From NCBI GenBank assembly GCA_002633005.1, contig NMRA01000211.1:443325-507324 (forward strand): a stretch of 64,000 bases of DNA. The letters run 5' to 3'. Within the stretch, counting starts at the first letter, position 1. Each line of letters starts with the position of its first letter. This stretch comes from Phoronis australis. Taxonomy: Eukaryota > Animalia > Phoronida. Shown here one piece after another: positions 54,401-64,000 of this stretch. The translations under genes were made by a program, and so were the position numbers. The notes under the pieces are model-generated. The model had not been told where the DNA came from. It made no database searches and worked only from the letters and a program-made list of their open reading frames with translations.

Positions 54401-57400
54401 TGGTCTTTTAGGCAATTGAAAACTACCGCTATTTTAAATACAACAAATTTGTTACGAACCGATTGCACAATGTTTAAAAAGTGTAATAAGCATTACAAAA
54501 AGAAGTAGGTTTCACGCGCAAACGCTGTGGACCATAAACAAGTAGGTCTCTTATAAAATCAGGAGTGAAATCGTGGTGGTGTAGTGGTAAAGCACGCGCG
54601 CTCTATCCGCCAGGTCGTGAGTTCGACGCTTTGATAATTACAGTTTTCATGTTTGACACAATCTCCGTGTTTTTTTTTTTTCTTTGCCTTTTTCTTCTTT
54701 GCCTTTTTTTTTCTTGGACAATACTTCAGAAATCAAGGAAAATGCTTGATTTTTAGAGGAAAAAACAAAAAAAATTTCCTGGACCTCCCCACATTCGGTG
54801 CTATGCGCATCTAATCGTGCTTTTTCAGACAAAATGTTGAGCCACCCCCTTGTGATATCCTAGATCCGCCACTGCCCAGATTTTGCATGCACCACGGCCG
54901 TCGGTCGTTGGCTGTGCGATAAAAGTTTCACGACGAGGTGACTAACACAACTCATACCCGGTCTGTATGAAATTTCGTGATAGACTACAGTCTATAGTCT
55001 ACGGTGTAACAGAGCTCATGTCACAGAGTTACCTAGCTGTATTTTGGCGATAGTCTTCAAACAGCTAGCTTGTTGGCTACAAAAAATCTGCAGTGTGCAC
55101 TTCGACGTTTCGTGTCACTGATCCGGCCCAGAGTGTAGGGAATCCGACCCAAATCCGGAATGTTCTGTCTGATTTGGGCCGTTCACATAGGCCTAACGTA
55201 ATTCTGATAGGCCTACTGAACTTAAAACGTTCAATTGATTACAAATTATTATGATTGGGCATGTTTTCATGCAATCCAGACTTTATTTCGTAGATTTAAT
55301 TTATTACAGACACGCACAATGTTGTGTTGCTATTAAATTTTCAATTTTGTTTAGCTTTACTGAGTCAAAATGGCGGTGATTACGGGTTAAAGCATTTCAA
55401 GGCGACTTATTTTGAAAATTGAGTTTCTAATATAGAATTTTCAATGAATTTGAATATAATTGAATTGTACGAAAAGATCAAGGTGATATGTATTGCAACG
55501 TTTCCCCGTATTGGAATCGCGCAGCGTTCACAAAATCGGCTTCGAAAAGACATGTATGCAAAGTTCCCAACATCAAAGTTTTTGTATCAAACAAACTGCA
55601 CTTTATATTAAACATTGTGAATTGCTGAAAGCAATTCAGACGAAGCGTTTTGTTTTTGCGGCTGTTTCGACAGCCCCAGTCACACTCCCGGGGATTTCCA
55701 TACGGTCCCGTATTAGAATGTGTGCTAAATAATTGAATAAAAATTCTTAAGGTAGTGATTTTGATTAATTTTAATATTAACTGACAAGAAATGAAAAATC
55801 AATTTGTTTCCTTGATTTTCCACGTATTTTGCACTAAATTAAATGGCCTGTCATCTCTGATTCCAATACTGTGGAGACACGGTGAAAGCCAAATTCGTTG
55901 TAACGATGATTTCCTAGACCTCAATTAGTGCAAGCGCCATCTCAAGTTTTTTTGGCGCTAAATGGGGTTGGTGATGGGGGCTACTGTATTGTCGAAGGCC
56001 TACTTAATTAACGACTGGGGGTATGCTATGACACAGTATTTTAATGTTTTTCATCAATAAATTTATTTTAGATGTAAAAATAGTCATTTTGGCACCATAC
56101 TGGACCTTTAAAACTTGCCATTGCCCGAAGATATCTTGAAAGCCTGGAGTCTAAAAGTGGTGAATTACTGTACTCACTCTACCCATTCTTAAAGAATTTT
56201 GCTTCATTTGAAGATGACTTTATTAAGTCGAAGTTAACTCTAATTGATTATTCCTACTATCGCGACTATTTGGAAGTATGACATTTTTCTATAAGAAAAT
56301 GGTTGTTGCGAGTAAAGAAGTCTTTTGAATCACCCTTTGTGGTTTGATAGTAACTTGGGATCGGGGGCATAAGTGTTTTTTACAAGTCTTCGTTTGTAAA
56401 AGGCTTAAGATTTATCAGAGATATGTACATGTACAACTCTGATGGTGATTTCGTTAGTTTAAACCAATGGGGTTTGATGTAAAAACCAACTTTGTAGAAT
56501 ATAATGGTGTTGTTTCCGTTCTAAGAAGGTTTCAAAAAGTCTGTTAGTAAATTTTAAATTTACTTTTTTAAAAGTGTTTATGTCTATTCTCCTTGCATGT
56601 CTTTAATAATTACTCACCTACGGAAAGATTTGAAGGGTTGAAGACATATTTATTTAATTTTTAAGGTCTTTAAGAAACCTTCTAAATCAGAGTGTAAATT
56701 GGAAATAGAGTTAGGAGATAGTTTGGATTGGAAGAAAATATACGCTTGCCTTAAGAAATTACTAAGGATGCCAACATTAGATGTCTCCAATTCAGAATGT
56801 TACACAGGATTATTTCAACAAATATTTTTTTAGTCAAAATTCATGTTCGGGATTCTAATTTAAGCTCCTTTTGTAATAAAGCTGCGGAGTGGCTGTCACA
56901 CCTAATATTCAAGTTTGTTAAATATACTTATGAGTACTATAATGCTGAAAAATTAATTGAACATAAAGATTTTGTATCTAATAGCTTCTCTGAGGAACCA
57001 GAAAATTTCATTGTCCACGTTAACTCCATGTTTTAGTTGTTTACTTTAAACGAAATACAAGAATGGTCTCTTTTGAGGTGTGCATGCGTGAATGACTGGA
57101 TGTACTTATTTGTTTGTTTTATTTGTACTTGTTTATCAATGATAATAAATACCTGAAAAAGATAAATTAAACCAATCAAACATTAATGGACACTATCAAT
57201 GAAATTCGATCAAATTTGGCCATTCTATTTTGCTAGTAATGCTTTTGTGCGAAAAGTTGAGGGCCTATTTGACGATAAATATTTTAATATACTTAAGTAT
57301 CGACGCTCGTCGTTTTATTTATACTAGTTTTACTATTTATATTCTTATCCGTCGGTAACTGCACGACATTACAGCATCAATTTTGGATTTGCTTAGTTGA

Positions 57401-57745
57401 CTTATACTTACGGGGAGTACAGCTTGTCTTTTTCGGTCCTGTAGTCTCAAAGTACACCCATCCTTTATCCTCAGTCAGAAACCCTGGGTAATAGCGGTTG
57501 ATGCAATATTTTTGACACAATCTGAGACTGCTGCACCAGGCGAAGCTGTCGCACTGTTGATCATGTATACATTCCACTGCGCAGTCAAGTTGTGACGGAA
57601 GGGTTGTGTTGCTAGTATCAGAGTTCATTCGGCGTGTTTTGAAAGTCATGCTCAAAATTGTGCCTGCAAAAACTGTTGATGGCAAACTGGTTGCAAACAT
57701 GATTATGAGTGCACAGAAAAACATGGCTGCATGATAACGTGCCAT
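39211..57745 (-). CDS. Secreted PAN/apple-like + F-type lectin (fucolectin) protein, join(57412-57745, 45924-46139, 39211-39435); 3' end uncertain
   Basis: Exon A has a signal peptide and a CAVECIHDQQCDSF...C PAN-type cysteine pattern. Exons B and C form an F-type lectin domain: LALGKPALQSST...AVDGN...CTHT...PWWQVDL...RSDCC|GERL...GRYLVI...LTLCEV. All junctions are GT-AG and phase 1. Linking exon A to exon B across an 11-kb intron is inferred. Confidence 0.75.
39675..40266. mobile_element. Non-autonomous Kolobok-like element in a lectin gene intron
   Basis: TTAA flanks (39671-39674, 40267-40270). Ends AGTGCTTAAAA and revcomp AGTGCTTTAAA. Confidence 0.6.
45924..46139 (-). CDS. Lectin gene exon B: N-terminal half of the F-type lectin domain
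   Basis: ttgcag|GC...G|gtaacg. Calcium motif AVDGN, plus the His and RSD of the fucose-binding motif. Confidence 0.92.
47664..49879. mobile_element. TIR DNA transposon remnant, about 2.2 kb
   Basis: CAGCCATCCAGCGGCAAGGTGGGGGTCAGCC versus revcomp CAGCCAACAAGCGGCAAGGTGGGGGGTCAGCC. TA is present on the right flank only. No intact ORF. Confidence 0.7.
50039..50745 (+). repeat. Diverged direct duplicate of intron sequence 46171-46270 plus 46904-47500
   Basis: Shared ACGAAA.TGTTCGT.ATACAAAGCA.GTACTTCGTAAAATTTG, TGACATCAAGGCG, CTGAACCGACATCTG and GGAACAAGTCAA blocks. Confidence 0.75.
50969..51190 (+). repeat. Diverged direct repeat of 53830-54050
   Basis: TCTAAGACCA.GGTTC...CGGGTTTG.CGGCAGTTTTGTGGACT.AATGGGAAG...TGAGTCCAGAAATTTG occurs in both. 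Confidence 0.7.
51450..53200 (-). mobile_element. AcademX-like DNA transposon remnant (XPG-like nuclease and Cys-rich tail) between long inverted repeats
   Basis: Decayed minus-strand frame at about 52570-51900: DTDVLAL...ALPAFHAFTWAD...LRWYLF...*LPPTIGTLKQHVLR...LPAPESIVDMV plus an eroded Cys cluster. Inverted repeats of about 150 bp at 51470-51605 and 53045-53195. Outer ends not resolved. Confidence 0.65.
54570..54632 (+). repeat. tRNA-like SINE head, not a functional tRNA
   Basis: A box TGGTGTAGTGGT and B-box-like GAGTTCGACGC, but no acceptor-stem pairing. Confidence 0.45.
56110..57170 (+). mobile_element. 3' fragment of an L1/Tx1-clade LINE (zf-RVT region)
   Basis: Decayed frame HPLWFDS...LDWKKIY.../TKDANIRCLQFRMLHRIISTNIFLVKIHVRDSNLSSFCNKAAEWLSHL, followed by AATAAA and an A-rich tail. 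The 5' boundary is approximate. Confidence 0.75.
57412..57745 (-). CDS. Lectin gene exon A: signal peptide and PAN/apple-like domain
   Basis: MARYHAAMFFCALIIMFATSLPSTVFAG...SQLDCAVECIHDQQCDSFAWCSSLRLCQ...GWVYFE, donor C|gtaagt. Confidence 0.8.
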
Positions 57746-58436
57746 TGCAAATGGAACTACTCTGAACACGCACACCTAACGCTAATGAAAGTCAGTGTAA
57801 ATACCGGCAGATGAAGACCTACTTTGCATGATAGCAACACGTAAAAATATATTCATTGTGAAAGTGTATACATGTAGTTATTTCCTCATGGCCAATAACC
57901 AATAACAGTAACGATAATACGCCATCTGAAATGATTAAATCTACAAGGAAACTAAACTGAACGCGGGCGCCTAACACTAATGAGTGTTTTGGTAAACACC
58001 AGTTGAGCATCCGCATTGCAGGATAGCAACATATAAAAATATATGTATAGTTATTTCCTCATAGTCAATAATCAGTAAAGGTAAATGTTAGAGCAAGTAC
58101 GACTTCGAACGGTTATTGAAAGTGTTTTTTTTTTTACTTTTCACACAAATTTCCCACGATCTAGACAACTCTAAAGACAAAAATATTACAATTCAGGAAC
58201 AGATGTTGATGAATTAGACTGTAAGATGAGTCGGATGGCGTTTCAAATTTAGGCCTTTACTCGGTCCCTAATAGATAGATAGATAGTCAAACAGGTACAT
58301 GGTAGATAACTTGTTTGTAGAGGTTAAAACGTTTAAAAGTATAAACCTAATATTTGCACCAATGCTGAAAGTTGTGGAGCAGTTGGTTATTATGTGAATC
58401 GAAGTTTTTGCCTTTAAAGCTACATGTAGTTAGGCC

Positions 58437-61400
58437 TACCTGACCGAGATAAACCGTGGAATGAAGGAAATGAATAAATTTTAGTTAAAATAAAATTTCA
58501 TGTGATGACTTTAGTAATTATTATTCTAATTGTAAAACAATTTAAGAGGAAACGCCAAGAATTTTGAAGTAAATGCAAACCATTAATTTACGGCTCAGTG
58601 GTGTGTCAGTTGTTGCATCGCTCCGACCATTGTTGCGATGGACTGTTTGAAACACAGTTGTATTGTCCCCTTTATCGCTGCTATCATAACCTCTGCAAAG
58701 TTCCTTCAATTTTAATTTAGTTGATGAGAAATATTGGATATTGAGTGAAATTTCCGTGGGCAGTGAGTGGGCGAGCACTTCTCAAGTCCCGAGTATGCTA
58801 CCTTGCCTCTCGTGAACAGTGTGTGCATGTTGTACACTACGATGCTGCACTTATGAGTTTGGAAATGAGTCACCTGGACACGTTCTAGTCAAGTAAGAGC
58901 AAAATTTGACAAGCAAACCTTAGATTCAAATCGCAATAGACTGAAAAAATGAAAGACAATTTCTTATTAGTTACGCAAATAGTCAATAGAGTTGGAAATG
59001 AGGAGAGTATGGGAGGGAGCTCTACCGTAGAATTCAAGTTTCACTTGATGCATTCAAGAAGCCTTTTTTGAAGTAATTTTTTGAAAAATATTGGCCCAAC
59101 AGCCACCAGATCAGTTCCAGCGCTCACGAAGTTGTGTGTTTAATGAGTCAAGTGAGAGTGCACCATCGTTATTACATGTAGGTGATTTTAGCAAACTTGT
59201 TACATTTGACTCAGATTATTTAGGCAGTATTAGAGTAAATTTGAGCGGCGGGTTGAATTTATTAATAGCAGAACTTGACTCATGGAAGGTTTCAATTTAA
59301 AAGTGACAGTGTTTTAAGAACTAATCTTTATATTATTCATTACATAAATCACTACATGTATTTTTAATCACACTGCAGGATTTCATAACATGATTACTTT
59401 GAAAACCTGCTTGGATGGGACAATGGCCTACTACCTGTCTCTAGAATTCAACCCAAGCCATTATAAGTACAGACAGAAGCTTACGTGTCACCACGAGTGC
59501 AGATAAATACGAAGAAAAGCAAATTCAATTGGAACTTAACACCACGGATATGAGTGTGACGTATGAACTTTCCCAGTGCTAGTGTGTCATGGCGACAAAC
59601 ACGCCAGTTTCTTGTAGAAACCTTGCCATATCCGCACTTCTTAAAACTTTTTTCGATCTACTGTTTGTGATTCCGAATTTCATCATTATCTTTGGGAGTT
59701 GTTTTAGATAGACAAAATTGTCTAAGTGTACTTTACTATTTGGGGATCGGATTTAAGAGTTTTTTCCAGCCTCAGGCTGCAACTAAATTCACTGAAACAC
59801 CATCAATTTTTACAAGATCAGCTTCTAATTTTTAAAAGTTATTTATGAATCTATTGATTTTCGTAGTTGCATAAACAAGTAAATCAGAAATCAACGAATT
59901 TAGCAATACGGAATGTTATAAGCAATTTCCGCAGGCATGCTCGCACACAGGTAACCAGAGGAACATGACAGATGGGGCATTCGTATTACGTAAGGTGCAC
60001 TTTTGCTCATTTCCTAGGTACCTAAAACGGTTCACGAGGTAAACTTGAACTCCACTTATAAAAAAAGAAACGCTGAAATATTTGTTTATGATTGCGTGAG
60101 AGTTCTTTGAGTATCCTCTTTCGACGATGTTCACGGTCATCACAAATAGTAGCTTAGACAGCAGCGTTTTCCACATAAGGGGATTCCTTACAAGCAACTC
60201 ATAGTAACCGTCTTCAAAGAGATACTATTCTTGTAATACTATGGGAAACAATAACGTTATTTTATAAGTAACCATCGGAAATAGTCCTTTTCGGTAATTC
60301 ACAAATAGTGGTCTTCACGTTCTTCAAAATTCCACCCTTTCGATGACGGTCAATTGTATTGTTTGTTTTTCACATTTTTGGTTGTTTGGGTCGAATGTCT
60401 TGATACTGCTGTGCTGTTCACGAATGTTTTGTGTTTTTTTTATGAATTTGGAATCTCAACTTCCCTCGTGAAAACTTGGTAGTGTCGGATTAACATGTAT
60501 AGAGGGACAAAGGGATATTTCCCACGAACTGCTTCATCGAGAGAGGGTCCTGTCTGAAATGGGACACCTTAAGATGAAAGACTAAACATCATTAAGCTTG
60601 GAAAAGAGCCGCAGTTCATTCCATCGTCATGTGACGCTTCCTCAATATGAATGCCGGTTGCACGATTTCACAAAAACAAGAAAATAGAAGTAATCCATTC
60701 CAACAATGTGCCCTCTATCCGTTAGCGGCCCCTTAAGTATTTCTCAATAAATACACAAAAAGAGTGGCCACTTGAGTGTCATCAATTGCTTCCTTCAAGG
60801 GCGGGCCTCTAAATATGAAAATATCTATATTTTCAAAAAATGAGGAAATGCGCAGCAATTGATGTTATCTGTCAGGTCATCAACTTTTGTCAAATGACTT
60901 ACAATTTCGAGAAAAAAAAGAGAAAGTTGTCTCCGTTGTCCCTCGCCAATGAAGGACCTCTGGGAAATTTTAGTTTTGATTTCGCAAAATTGAATTAGTA
61001 CGCTCCGTAAAAGCTTCCCTTTACAAATGTTCTCAACTTTTCGAGATTTACGTATGAATGATTACGTGTACGTCTTCGAGTGCGTTTGGACGACCAGTGC
61101 TGCAAAAGCGGAGACCTTAACAACAATGTCCTGGCCAGGGTCCTCAAAAGGTAAACCATGCACTGATACAGAGTTGTTAAATGCTTTCTTGAATTTTCCG
61201 TCTTATTCGTATTTCGCAGTCTTCTCCGGACCTAAGGCTATGTCGGTTGCCATGGTTTAACCCTGATGCCTGAATTTTTTTGTGGGGGAGATGGGACGCG
61301 AGCCCTCCCCCGGCCCCCAGCTTCCTACAGTCCTGAAATACCTTCAACTAGCTCTTACGGGTGTATCCTCAGATTTGTTATACTTTTACTAAAGTGAATC

Positions 61401-62744
61401 AATTATTTCTCAAAAAAATATTATGCGGAAGTCTAAATTTCTGACATTTTATTCATTAGGTGGCAGTTTTTGTACCCACCTTTCCAGGGATTTTTTGAAT
61501 TATTTCTGCTATTACTTTATAATAACTTACCGTTTCGCCAACCCAACTCTTCTTTTTATCTCTGAAAACAGCTTCTCTCCGCTCCATACACCCTGTATTC
61601 GTTAGGGGACACATGCCAAACATAAAGAACATTCCGGAGGAGCAACTTCTTTGTTTACACTTTCATTCCACAGTTTTAGTGTATCGTGACTTACATGAGG
61701 ATACAGACTTGCAGGTACTGGAGTACATGTCATCCACTGTCATTTCACTGTCTGCTGGTGTGGGTATATTGGACTAGGATATGCAAGTAAACAAGATGTC
61801 TGATAGATTAATCTAGACAAGAATTTACAGTTCAACATTTAAAAGAAAAAAATACAAAATATCTTAAAACTGTCAACTTTGCGTTCATGAAACAGTGGTA
61901 AGTATACTAAAAGATGAAGTCGTCAGTGTCCGTGGTTAAAACTTCCTTTACACTTTTCCAACCTTGTTTTATAGTTTAGGTTTCTCGTTTGCGTTGCACA
62001 CCCGAATGAGAATAAATGACACCTGACTAATTATGGAATTCACCTCATTCTGGAAGCTGGTTAACAAAATTATTTGCTGTCAGGTGAATGGTCAAGACAG
62101 AAAGTAGTGACAGGCAGAAATCTTCGACTTTCAATTTGACATGTGTCATATGTAAGAAGCAAAAGGTGACTGTCTCTTATAGTTTGTGTGTAAAAGATGT
62201 AACCAGAACGTTTCACTAAAAATTCATTCCTATAAGGACAGTGGTCTTTTTCGTGAACAGTGTTATGCATCTATTTCACAGTTTCTGAACAAATTTCTAG
62301 CCAAGTAATTACGTGCACATCACAGTATGGAAATAATTTATATAAATTATTTCAGAAACTAGCATTCATTTTGGTCGTATGAGATTGTATTATTTCTCAG
62401 AAATGTTTGTGTGGAGTGTTAGACCAAATATACGACTTTTAAAGTAAATTTTCATGAAACCAACTCTTGGTTTGTTCCTAACATGCCTCATTACGAGGGC
62501 TGTTTTTGATAGCATTTATTTATCTAATCCAAGCTGCACTGAACAGCGATACTTGTGGATGGTGATTATGCTTATGTTGCCTAATTTTTGTTTGCTCGCT
62601 TCTTTCAACGGTTTTCTTTTGATTTCAAGGAGCAATGTTGCAACCGTGAAATTCAAATGAATTCTGTTATTTGTCTTTTAAGAAAGTTTCTTGGTATTCT
62701 TGAAAAAAAAAGCATTGTTGAATGATTATTATTATTATTATTAC

Positions 62745-62775
<31 letters not shown>

Positions 62776-63173
62776 ATTATGGTCATTGTCATTGCCATTT
62801 TTAAAACAGATTGCTGACAGTTGTGAGGTTGTTAACAAAGTGACATTCATCTGAATTAGGTACTTGCGTACAAATATTTTCAGGTGGAAAACTTCACCAT
62901 TTCCAAGGATTTCTGTTGTGCAGAAGTTGCTGAGGTCGTCACCATGACAAAACGTGAACTTCCAGAGAAGGTATATTCCCAGTCAGTATTTTGAGTTCTG
63001 ACGGTAACGATGAGTTTAAAATATTGAATACAATTGTGATTCAAATGTCAGTATTAATAAATCAATGTGCATTGTTTCCCTCTCAAACAAAACTAAAATG
63101 CAAGTCTACACTAGTGGCTAATAGCATAAAATGTTTACGCAGGTTAGCTTTACAAAAACCTATAATGTTATTT
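58437..63173 (+). pseudogene. ELP5: Decayed partial duplicate of ELP5 (exons 2-5 with introns; source about 18445-22565)
   Basis: Exon 2 copy (about 58759-58892) has lost its acceptor and has a 4-nt deletion. Exon 3 copy (from 59379) has TGG changed to TAA and is truncated. Exon 4 copy (about 61672-61767) has lost its 3' part and donor. Exon 5 copy (62884-62970) is intact. Intron sequence is colinear with the source. Confidence 0.9.
62724..62780. repeat. (ATT)n(GTT)n compound microsatellite
   Basis: Directly visible. Confidence 0.9.
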
Positions 63174-63174
63174 A

Positions 63175-64000
63175 TATGCGCTAACTGCGAAGCGATACCG
63201 AAGCTAGTTTACAGTGACACAACACATGTAGTTGAGATAAAAGGTCATATATATTATGACAAACTAAACTACTACAGATATTGGTAATTACAAAAGTTAT
63301 ATAACATGTTGCACTGTAAAGGTGGGTGACAATCTGCCACAGATGCAGCAGAAGGATGCATCCGCCCACCCGAGGGAGAGCGAGCGAGGCTGACAAAAGT
63401 AGCATAAGAAAACGGGGGCAAAAGTAAGCCCGTAAAAGGAAATGCAAACATGGAGTAGTACAGCCAGGTAGCATGATACAATAAAAATAAAATCATGGAG
63501 CGACAAAACAAAGTGTCGAAACCATAGTAATTGAAAGCCAGTGGGATATAAAGCTAACATGAATAGATAAAGTTTAAGGAATATACATAAGGGACATATC
63601 AACCTACCAAAAGCATGCTGTCGATATAGGTATAAAGAAAACAAAAACGGTGACATGTACAAACAACATACATAGCAACAGCAAAACGATGCCCCGGCAA
63701 AAGTAAACCTATATAAAGTATGGGAAAAAAAGCTAAGTATAGAATAACCCATAATAGGGCATGAGGTAAACCAACAACAAATGTAAAAGGGGCGGGAAAG
63801 ACTGCCCGGGAGGGAGAACCCCAAAAAGGTAAGTGGAAAGGGCGGGGCAATGAAAATGGGGAATAAGGGAAGTAGGACACTGGCAATACAGGCGTCCGAG
63901 GGTGAGAAATGGTGTGAGTGAAAGAGACACTGGCAATACAGGTGCCTATGAATGGGACACTGGCAATACAGGTGCCCCGCGATGAAAAGGGAGTGGTGAG
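63175..64000. mobile_element. Dispersed repeat, same family as 32874-33530, running off the window end
   Basis: The first ~185 bp match 33256-33440. Internal repeats GACACTGGCAATACAGG lie at 63876, 63926 and 63956. Class unknown. Confidence 0.55.

Noticed and set aside
54570-54640. Possible tRNA gene
   Set aside because: A/B boxes are present but there is no cloverleaf or acceptor stem, so it is treated as SINE-like.
63297-63936. Hydrophobic minus-strand ORFs up to 175 aa
   Set aside because: They arise from the T-rich strand of a dispersed repeat. The overlapping frames have low-complexity composition and no domain.

Overview
AT-rich, intron-rich animal genomic DNA, probably a marine invertebrate (the species cannot be determined from the sequence), with one assembly gap at 23778-24460. 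I reconstructed three spliced genes by eye using GT-AG boundaries and exon phase. (1) Cdc42, minus strand, 4 coding exons, 192 aa. (2) Elongator subunit ELP5, plus strand, 7 exons, 283 aa, head-to-head with Cdc42. (3) A secreted protein with a PAN/apple-like domain and an F-type (fucose-binding) lectin domain, minus strand, at least 3 exons, 3' end uncertain. A decayed partial duplicate of ELP5 (exons 2-5 with introns) lies at about 58.4-63.2 kb. The rest is dense with transposon remnants: TTAA-flanked Kolobok-type elements (one with a decayed P2X7-ballast-like/KolX frame), a Harbinger-type MITE, a foldback MITE family with a 9-bp TSD, an AcademX-like remnant, an L1/Tx1 3' fragment, tRNA-like SINE heads, and a Helentron/pearl-like tandem-repeat element whose units each carry a CTCF-consensus motif. 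I found no clearly new biological system. The best leads are the CTCF-motif array, the mosaic ELP5 duplicate with a possible gene-conversion tract, the PAN-F-type lectin gene, a perfect 30-bp palindrome and two hammerhead-like motifs. All alignments and counts were done by eye; no searches were run.
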